Assembly: GCA_013265495.1 (NCBI GenBank) | Contig: MU058065.1 | Location: 4,071,003-4,135,002, forward strand | Direction: 5' to 3' | From: Vicugna vicugna | Taxonomy: Eukaryota | DNA length: 64,000 nucleotides | In this document: one piece after another, positions 54,269 through 64,000 of the stretch | Numbering within the stretch: the stretch's first letter is position 1 | Layout: every line of letters starts with the position of its first letter | The notes under the pieces: generated by a model | The model's database searches: none | Seen by the model: only the letters and a program-made list of their open reading frames with translations | Told to the model about the DNA's origin: nothing | Made by a program: the position numbers and the translations under genes

Positions 54269-56699
54269 TAATTAAATCAGAGATGAGACTAAATGGAGTA
54301 AAGCCAGTAATTAGCAGCCCCTGTGGGATGTGGTGGGACAGAGGGCCTAATGAGTAAGTGCCACCGCGCTAGGTGGCAAAACTAAGACGTTTCTAACACG
54401 GACAAAATAAATGGTGCTGCTGTAATCAGCAGAAGGCCAAATGCATTTGCTAACAGGCACTTAGATCTGAGCCTGCTGGATGCGCCCTCTGAAATGTAAA
54501 TGAACCAGTTGAAGAAGGCCTTGATTGATGCTTACTTAAAGAGGGCCAGCACGGTTTCCAGCCACGGTTCTCCTGTCCGGAAACATCTCTGTATATGGAT
54601 ATCTGTATATGCGCATGCGTGATTTAAGTGTGGCATTAGGGTTTGTTGTTCTCATTTCCTCCGGCTGATGAAAATCGAGCTGTGTGAATGAAGTCCAGTT
54701 TTTTTTCTGCCTCGTGGAGGAGTGTAGATGTGGCCCAGCAAAGTGGGAGCGACAAAGTTTCAAGTGCGTTCTGCTCCGCTGAGCCCCCACGGACAGGGTC
54801 TCCAAGTGGAATGAATCTTGATGAAAGACTTCTTGACTTCCCTGAGGATGTGATGAAGAGCTAGTAAAACCCTTCTTGGTCGGTCTGTGGTCAGAGGCAG
54901 TAATAAACTGTGATCCATTCTGATCCCTGAGATTTTGCAAAAGTCCAGAGTTTTTTTAAATCGTGTAAATTCCTATTTATCCTATTACTAAGGTGACTCC
55001 CCCTCCCCCCTCCTTAAAGTTCAGTGTATGCAATTCCCTCTTCCCTTATTTCTCCTTTCTGGGGAGTTTGCAAACTTTTTTTCTTTATAGCAGCTTTGTT
55101 TTTGAGTAAGGGCTGGAAGTAATCCATATTTATATGAATTGCTCATGTCGTGTGTGGATTAAGGCTTAAAAAAATCAGTTATTCCGAGGTTTTTATTTTT
55201 GCTTGGTATTTGTTTTTAGTGGTTATCAATAGTCTGCTGCTGTCAGGCTTGTACAGTTGCTACTAAAGCGTGTGACTCTTGGTCCCATCTATGGAACAGA
55301 TCACATTCATCTTTCCTCAGGGTGATTGTTGAGCTGTAGACTGCATTGCCACATAGTTCATCTGATTTAGTGATTAAAGAGCCCGAAATAACTGACTACC
55401 AAACAATTAGTCTGGCATTTCAGCCATCTTAATGACAGGGTGGGATTAACTATGGAGCAATCCACGTGACTGATGAAATCAACGATTGTAACCTAAAGAA
55501 AGTTGCCTTTTTGGTAATTCATTGCTATAGAATTATGCATTCTTGATCTGCTAAGTTATTACTAGGTGTAGGGAGCAATGAATGTCTTTTCATTCCATTG
55601 TAAATAAAATGGAATAAAGACTGATGACCTCTGTTGACCTAGAGTTGAAAGGTAAACTTGTAAACTTGAAAATTTTAAAGTTGGGATTTCAAGCTTTGTG
55701 GTTTTTTTTTTTTTTTTCAACAAAGATTAATTTCTTTGCTCTTAACTAAGGGGCTGCTGAGAAAGCTGTTCGCAATTGAGACCCTGAAGTATATTCCGTC
55801 ATTAATATTAGAAAATACGTGAGTGCATTGTTATTGGCACTTAAATTACAATCATCATAGCAGGAACAGTGAAGTGAACAGGACAATGACATCACATCAC
55901 ATCTTAGAGTAAATTATTCTGCTTTTTTGATTTTTGTAAGACAAGACTTGCACATCTTCACATGTCAAGATTCTTATTTCTATATTAAAAAACACACACA
56001 CACATTTGTCTTCCATTTCTGGCTCAAATGTTCACGTTTCTGGTGTCAGTACATCTCTCTGTATCTAACGTCATTGATTTTCAATTGTTACAGAGCCCAG
56101 TAACTCATACATTGCTGCACTATGAAACTCCTTGACATTTTTACGACCCAAATTAGAAGGAAAAAGAGAAAAAGATGGAGGGGGAAGTGAATGTAAAAAC
56201 AATTGAGCATTGTAGTGATTTGCTTTATGGAAATAATCTTGGGAATCCAGTTCATCATATGGTTCATGGAAGGGTGGCTCTCAATGTTTTAGGTCCAGTC
56301 TGTTTCTGAGTAAACTATTCCTAAGGCAAGGCCAGATATTTAATAGAAAGGGAAGGCTGACTAAGCTATTTTTGAGAATCTTCATTCTTTTCATTCTTGC
56401 TACCCAGGTATTTTCTTTGCTAGTCGTAAAATGATTAAATTCCTTCAAGGAGATACTTTTTGCACAAAACCTTGAACTTTGCTTGTTTTTAAACTACCAG
56501 GTAAGAATCTGATGAATTTAGGGAGAAGAAAAGACTTGAATGACAAGAATTCTTAAATTCCAAACTTGAGTGAGACTTTTTAAAGATGACTCAAGACTGC
56601 AGACATCAGAAAAGTAATAAAGATGGTTGCCTCCATTTGTGCCATTGTTACCAGGGTATCAGAGGATTACCTAGGTAGACCGGAAAGATCATCAAAACA

Positions 56700-56900
56700 A
56701 GGAGCTGTGTCTCAATTTGGTCACTTAGCTGCATGACCTTGAGGATGTTTCTTAAGTCTTCTGAGCCTTGGTTTGTTCTTCTGCAAAATGGGTTCGCCTA
56801 TAAAGTAATTGTACTTAGCTTAGAGACTTGCTTTGAGGCGACAGTGATGTAAGATTGGTTAAAAAACATCGCCTTTTAGATTGTAAAGCATTAAACTGAT
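56700..56900 (+). mobile_element. MIR SINE (intron 3)
   Basis: cacttagctgcatgaccttgagg...tctgagccttggtttgttcttctgcaaaatggg. Confidence 0.7.
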
Positions 56901-59124
56901 GTTAATGCTAGCATTTCTCTTATCACTTGGCTCTTACCCAAGATCACAACTGTTGACTTTTAAGGGGTGTTGAGTTAAAAGGGTAAAGGGGAAGTCCATC
57001 TTCCAGCCACTCTTGGAAGTCAAGGGCAAAGATAGGCAGCTTTGCCTTTGCTCTAACAGAGAATAATGTCCATTTGGAAATGATATTTAGGGAGTGTCAT
57101 TTTTTTCCCCTCTCCTATAGGAAAGACAACTTTCCTTTGAGTGAAAGAAAAGTGATTTGGAAGTGGGACAAGAAAGACTGGGGTGTAAAGGGAGCTTAAG
57201 AAAGAATATAAAGGAGAAAATGGGCAAGTCTTAAGAACTCTGGCAGCAGGTTCCTCCCCAATTGTCTTCTCAATGGCTCCACTGGGGCAGGACAAATAGA
57301 AGACCAGGTGAAAGGTCACCTACTTCCTCATCCATCTTCCTTGGGGTCTGGGAGGTCAGAGCGAAGATTGATTAAGATCTTCAATGTTTGACAAAAGATC
57401 CTTGGGCAAAAATGGCCCGAGCGGGTGGGGGCTGGGATGTGCTGTTGTTTGAGTCTAACCCTGGTCATCTGCCGAAGTCCTCAAGGGACCTCAGGGACAG
57501 AACTACACTTCCTCTTGGAGTTCTTACCTCCAAGCGGCACATGTTAATGCAGCTGGAGGATGAAGAGCCTTGTCCAGGGCCGCAGGGTGATGGTGGGCTT
57601 GCCCTCTGAAGCAGCTGCAAGTTCATTCTGCTCTTGAATAACATTTTCTGAGATGATTTGGCTCCGTCTCAGCAGGACAACAAAGAGTGTTAGCCACTCA
57701 TCTGTCTTCTCCAGGAGAATGTCTGACCGGTGTTAGCACTAGTTTGAACTTGCCTTGTGATTGGCTGCAGAGAAGTAAGTAATTGTTCTAGTTCATCGGA
57801 AAAAGTAGGCAAGGCCCACCTCAGACATCTCCGCCCTCTCCACGCACACATGTCCCCACCAGTGAGGAAATGTTCCAGATGTTTCACAGGGTTGCTTTTT
57901 ATTACCTCAGAAATACTAAGCAGGAGGAAGAAGGGAAAATATCCTTTATTAACTTATTTTTAGCTTAATTAAAAAGGTGAAAAATTAAAGTCACAGACAT
58001 ACTCTGTGAAATATTAATAAGTAATATTTTCAGACAGCATATATAAAAATAATACTAATAAAATTAAAACTTTCTTACAGAGTCACTTAAGGCCAAATAA
58101 TCATAACTGTGACAAAATTAAGCTAAATAGGAATGAAACCTTGCTGAAATATACAATTTTGCTCTAAGTGGTTTGGGGCCATATCTATCTAGGACGTATA
58201 TGATAAATTATTACATCTATGGTGGCTTCATATCAGTAAAGGATATCTTTAAGCTCTTTTGAGAAAGAACAAGATAGAAATGCTTTGATGGCTGTGAAAT
58301 AGAAATATTTTATATTTGTGCCCTGAAAAGAGGGAGAGGCTACATTTAAAAAAAAATTACTTTGTTTTCCTAATATATTATAGGATCTTAGGAGAAAAAA
58401 GCACTGGAAAGGAAGTATTTAAAATATAGTCAGATGCTGTTTCATACGCTTTCAACTTTTGACATTTTTCTTCTACCTTTGAATCATGTCTTTAAGAATG
58501 AATTGCTTAAATCGCATGGCTGCTTTTATCTCTGGCTTTGAAGCATGGCTGTGATCATTGAAAGACGCAATTCTTTATACACGAGAAGAGCAGGGTTTAA
58601 TTATTGTCCTTTTTCTGTTATACTTTTTTTTATTTTCGTTTCTGCATGTGACCAGGTTTCTTTTGTGAGTGTGAAGCAGGCAGTGGTCTCTATTTTGGAT
58701 TCACCAAAGCATCGCATAGGAATTATCTCAGTTAGGGATTTTTGAATCCAGTATTTAAGATTTGATGACTTATTTTAATCTGACTGAGCTTCCTTGTACT
58801 TTTCAAAAATGTATTAAGACATAATTATTCTGTTAAGACTCAAGGCTTAAGGAGAAAGACTGATTAAATGGCTTTTCAGCTACTACTGTGCAGAGCAGAG
58901 GTGGTCATGATATACGTTTGACTTTCTCATCATTGAAATTTAATACTTAAAATTTTTTAGGAAGGGTTTTTTTTTTTTTGCATTTAACTGATGAATTTAA
59001 CATTACCAAATAACTGTATGCTTCAAACTCTTATTCCAATTTTTTCTGAGTTACCACTCTTTACAATTTGGCAGATAACCCAAACATATCTATATACATC
59101 TATTTAAAAACAATAACAGACATA

Positions 59125-59215
59125 GGGGGATGGGTATAGCTCAGTGACAGAACACGTGTTGAGCATGTGCCAGGTTCTGTGTTCAATTCCCAGAACTTCC
59201 ATTTAAAAAAACACA
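59125..59215 (+). mobile_element. tRNA-derived SINE, Vic-1-like (short)
   Basis: gggggatgggtatagctcagtgacagaacacgtgttgagcatgtgccaggttctgtgttcaattcccag plus A tail; imperfect TSD. Confidence 0.8.
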
Positions 59216-59859
59216 AAAACAAAACAGAAATGGAATAATCCTCTTGTCATCTTCTCTTCATGATGTTTGACTGTTTATCATGGACCATGGACATCATCCC
59301 ATATGAAAGGATCAAATTTTTCTTCATCCTTTATAATTGATAATTAATATTCTGTATTATGAATATATCATACTTCATTTAGTGTTTTCCCTTATTTGTT
59401 GGCAGGGCGCTTTAGTTTTTCCTAGTAATATTTTTAAACAAGTCCTTTAATTAGCAAATCATGCACATATATTTTTTGTTAAAAAATTGAATGATTAACC
59501 TTGTTTTTTTTTTAACTTCATCTTGGATGAATGAATTTAGTAAAACCTCCTGACCACACAGCATGTAAATGGGGGAGTTCAGTCCGGGATAACCAGACAA
59601 GTAACACCACCAAGGATTGTGGAACATAGTGGGGGGTCTCATTAAATGTTCATGGAATGAATGAATAAATAAATGCGTAAGGAATTGTGGCCCGTTTCAT
59701 ATTAAACATTTATTTGGTGGAGTAATGTTTCAGGGAGTCAACATGATGTATCAGAATCTTTGCATGGGACTAATGTATTCATTGGGTCTTAATGTTTTTA
59801 TCATGTTTATGATCATCTCTGTGCCTGAATGTTCAAAAATCTCTGTGGCCCATGAGTTA

Positions 59860-60115
59860 ACATAGTGCAAAATAAGACCTCCATTGGAGTCTGAGACTTG
59901 GGTTTAGTTTCCAGGTGTGCTGCTTTACCAGGTGTGTGTTCACAGTCACTGACTTAGCCTCTCAACCTTCAAGTTTACCTCTACACATTGGTGAGAGTAG
60001 TATGTTATCGAGTCTAATACACATATAAAAGGATGAATGTGTAAAGGGTTTAGCACAGTGCCTAGGATCATTAAGCACTTAGGAAGTAGAAAATGTTATT
60101 GTTAATTTTATTGTT
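59860..60115 (+). mobile_element. MIR SINE (intron 3)
   Basis: ttggagtctgagacttgggttt...gacttagcctctc...gtaaagggtttagcacagtgcct. Confidence 0.65.
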
Positions 60116-60323
60116 GTTCCATAGAAATGTGACGTTATGGGCTATTTGACCATTGCCTGTCCAACAATTACAGCAGTTGGCTTAAGTTTCAGAGTAGAAT
60201 TTGTTTTTTTGGGGGGGGTGGGGTGTGTGGGAGGGTTGCATGGTGATATATGCAAGGCTAGGGGATGGGGTGAAATGGCTGACTTGTCTGCGTTGATCAA
60301 ACCCTGCATTCCCCAGGTTACTG

Positions 60324-60936
60324 TAGCGGTTCTCAAAGTGTGTCCCAGTTGGCTTCCTCACGTCCCTTTCATGTGGTCTGCAAGGTGCACACTTTCTAAA
60401 TACTAAGGTGTCATCGCCTTTTCCCTCCCCTTTTCTCAGAGTGGAGTTTTCCAGGGGCTACCTGAAGTGTAATGTCTCATCAAATTGAATACAGAAGCAA
60501 ATACGAGAATCCACCTGGTCCTCTAGTAAGCCAGACATTAACAATGTCACTCTTCTCGCTAACTCTGTTTTAGTAAAGATAGCTTTTTTTTAATTAAAAT
60601 ATGTACTTTGTGTTGACAGGTAATGGGTTTATTATTGATACATTTAAAAAATATTTTTGGAGTAATTAGCTTTATTTATTTTTTAATTAATTAATCAATT
60701 AATTAATTAGGTACTGGGGATTGACCCAGGACCTGATGCGTGCTAAACACACGCTCTACCGCTAGAGCTATACCCTACCCCCCTATTATAGATATTTTTT
60801 AATGAATTGATCTCAGTTTCAATTTGTAATGGTAAATACCGGTAGCTTTAAGTCACATAAACAAGAACACTTTGGCATCCTCGATATTTTCAAGCGGGTA
60901 AAGTGATCATGAGACCAGAAAGTTTGAGAGCCACTG
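60324..60936. mobile_element. hAT-Charlie-type DNA transposon remnant containing a nested SINE
   Basis: Terminal inverted repeats tagcggttctcaaa ... tttgagagccactg; internal ttgaatacagaagcaaatacgagaatcca...aagccagacattaa. Confidence 0.65.
60650..60783 (-). mobile_element. tRNA-derived SINE, Vic-1-like, nested in the DNA transposon
   Basis: ggtactggggattgacccaggacctgatgcgtgctaaacacacgctctaccgctagagctataccctaccccc; TSD-like tattattgata / tattatagata. Confidence 0.82.
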
Positions 60937-63900
60937 CCTTAGTCCATCGGCTCTTTAGTTTCCGGGGCAGGGACCGAGAGTGTTCTGGCTTCTGTAGACA
61001 CTTGAAAATGAGACTAAAATAAGAAAGTTCCGAAAACTTTCCGAATCTGGGAGATTTAGGCAGCTTAGAAGAATGATATTTTATTTATTCAGCTGTTCAG
61101 ATGTTTCTGTAAAATAAGGCGGCGATGGGTAGCCCTTAGCTTTCTAGAAACGGTTTATCTGTGTCCAGCAACATGCCTCAGTGCTCTCTTTAGTTTTCCT
61201 GTGCTGGTGAGAAGGAATGATTAAAGAAGGCCTCCGCTGTCCCCTGGCCCCTGAGAGGCTGTATCTTTTTTGCTTTGGGCAGAAAACTTTTCCCATTGTG
61301 TCCCCTTGGAGCGGGTACCCCTGAGCTGTTTTGCAGGGAGGAGAGCAGGTGAGGTCACTGGGCTCCGTGATCAGGAGAATAATTAATAGTCGCATGACTA
61401 AATGGACATTTTATGAATATTCAGGGTCTATTTGGGCTTCCTGGGAAACAACGTGTTGGTAAGAATGACAACTCCCTCTGGAGAAACGCTGAGCGTTTTC
61501 TGGGTGAATGAGGGTCCTCAGCTGTCGGCCTGGGATGGCTGCGGCAGATCCCTCATTTGCATGTTCTGTATGCACCCTCATGCAAAACAGCACACCCATT
61601 TCCCCCGTTCACAAAGGCAACGAGGGCTTCCTTTGGAAACTCCAGCCAAAATCTCCTTCTGTTTATGCAGAACCCAATGATTTAGACACCATGCAAATTA
61701 ATTCGGTTTTGATTTGAACGCTTCCAGAGACTGGGGATGGGGAGGCGGAGAGTGGGCTATTTGCACAGGGCCCTTTTTTTGCACACCCCCCCCCCCGACC
61801 CCTGTCCTCTCGTGTGTGGCTGCTTGTCACTCTCTAGCCCCCTGCCCCATGTAAAAACAACCCAAGCTCCCGCTGCTCATTTTATTTTGACCTTTGGAAA
61901 GGAACCTAGTCTTGGTGAATCCCGTGGCTTGTCTGTTTAGTGACAACTTCGGCTGGAATCTTGCTGCTCTTTCTGAGCTGGGAGAAGATGGCACTATTCA
62001 GATTATGCTAGGAATGCTTAGAAGAGTCCCGACAGAGGGTTTAAAAAAATTGTCAAGTAAAAAGATAAAATTCTTTGAGGAAGAATTGTCAGATCACAGG
62101 AAGTTCGGAAAACAGGCTTTAGGTCTCTGGTGGGCTGGGATCTATTCATTCCTTCAACAAATGGATATTGAAAGCCTATAATGTACAAATCACCATTGGT
62201 ATTTTCATTGTGTTTCTACATCTATGAATGAGTACATCAGTCTTTATAGCAAGAATCATGATTAAAATCCCTTCTTTTCATGTATGCCCCAAATTTAGAC
62301 ATTTGTTTAAAAGCTGTACTGACCGTAATTCTGTTCCTCATTCATATGTGTATTCACTATTGCCTTTTGAATTCCTGTCTTCCCATCCCACCCAGTGTCT
62401 CCAAATTTACTTAACCTTTGCTTTCTTCCTGAGAATGGAAAATTCGAGCACACTACATATTTAACTCAACAAACTTCACTCTCCGCTTTACAAACAGCAC
62501 CATCTTCAGAAGGTCATGATCATATGTATTCTATAAGCTGGAAGAAGAGGACTTTGCATGAAATGTTTTTGAAGTTCAATTAGTTTTGAGTTCAAGCTAA
62601 TTTCACAGGGCAGAAGACCAGCATAGCCAGACTTTGCAGCGTAATTAAGTGAAGGCAGGGTCAGCTAAAACAGCCAAACGTGGAAGAGCTTTGGTTTAGC
62701 TCCACATGGTCTGACAAAGTTTGATGGTGCTGTTCAGAGTCCATTTGGGATGGATTATTAGGATTAAAGAACAGCGGACGGCTCTGTACTTGGTACGTTC
62801 TCTCATGTCATTAGTGGATGAGAAAATTCAGCTGCTTATCTGGCTCTTGTTTCTAAGGATGGATTTAAACAGACCCACACTTCTCGAAGGTGATCTTACT
62901 AACCTCTTCTTAATAAGTTACAGATCTCAAATTGCTCAAAATCCTTAAAATACCATTTGAAGTCAGTTGATTGATAATTATCATTTCCCCTACGTGTACA
63001 GATATTTTCCGCAGCAGTCCAAAGCTATGGTACAGTTTCTTAATTACCCAGATAATCCTGTTTGCTTGTATTTTTAAACTATGAAGTGCTGGGTAATTAT
63101 TCAATTCTTAATAGAAGGCAAATGGCAATATAAACAATAATTAGGATGTTAGACAGACTAATGCGCTTCAAAGCAAATTGGATTTTTTTCATACTGTTCA
63201 GCATGAAGTCCCATAAAGCTAACGATTTAGAAGCAACGCAAAAAAAAAAAGGGAGGGGTTCCATTTTTGTTCATATTTTATGGCGTTATCTCTTCATGGC
63301 TTGTTTCTGTGAATAGCAGTTTGCCCCAGTGAAGCTGGCCGACTGTTTCCGGAACAATCACTTCCCTGCTGTTTGACGTTTGCCTGTGTTCTCCCAGGCC
63401 TCCAGACTGGTCCTTTGTCTGCTGCAGATCGCAGGGGTCAGAGGTTAACAGAATACTGATTTCCTCCCATAATACCATGGCAGGTAAATATGGGCCAACC
63501 TCATGATCAGCTAAGACGCAGCTCAGTAAGGAATGCTGTTCTCATGGGCTTTTTGTCCTTAAGAACTTCGTGGACTTCAGTTTCCCAGCAATTGCCTTCT
63601 GCAAGGCCTTCTTCATTATAGGCGCTGGCTGCCGGCTCTTTTATATGGCTTTTTCCGTTAATAACCATTCACCACTAACAATATGTCCCCAGAAATACAT
63701 GACCTGAAAACTATGAGCAAATCACTGCATTTGATGAATTAATTTTACAAACTTAATAAATACTTTGCAGTCTTTACGCACTTAATTATGTCTTGTAGTC
63801 TTATCTGTAACTGTGTGCTTCATTGATGAAATAATAAACTGATAACAAAGGCAGTGGACAAAGGTACTTTAATAATGGTGCTCTTACCCACCCCCCTTCT

Positions 63901-64000
63901 TTTTTTCCTCTAGCCTTCATGGTGTGTTGCCAGTTAGAAGTATAATTAAATGAACAATTTCATTCCCATTTTCACCATTTAAGGAGATGTCCGAGCATTC

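Overview
Mammalian genomic DNA, very likely a camelid (camel or alpaca), inferred from four copies of a tRNA-derived SINE that resembles the camelid Vic-1 family. The window holds the 5' end of EPHA4 (ephrin type-A receptor 4) on the + strand. There are about 44 kb of repeat-rich upstream intergenic DNA, a ~3.2 kb CpG island/promoter (~44150-47350), and three coding exons: 46203-46293 (91 nt), 49311-49378 (68 nt) and 53561-54224 (664 nt). All introns have canonical GT-AG ends and the frames are consistent, encoding the signal peptide, the ephrin ligand-binding domain and the start of the cysteine-rich region (274 codons). The rest is intron 3. I found no other protein-coding gene; the remaining listed ORFs are L1 remnants, GC-rich chance ORFs or noise. 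I did not find a demonstrably new biological system. The best leads are a possible intronic-polyadenylation secreted EphA4 isoform, candidate hindbrain/somite enhancer modules 7-8 kb upstream, an upstream alternative promoter with a splice acceptor, a YCAY tract in intron 1, an intact solo LTR and a nested, doubly inverted L1 stack. Repeat family names were assigned by eye from remembered consensus sequences and need RepeatMasker/Dfam confirmation; repeat boundaries are approximate unless a target-site duplication (TSD) is given.
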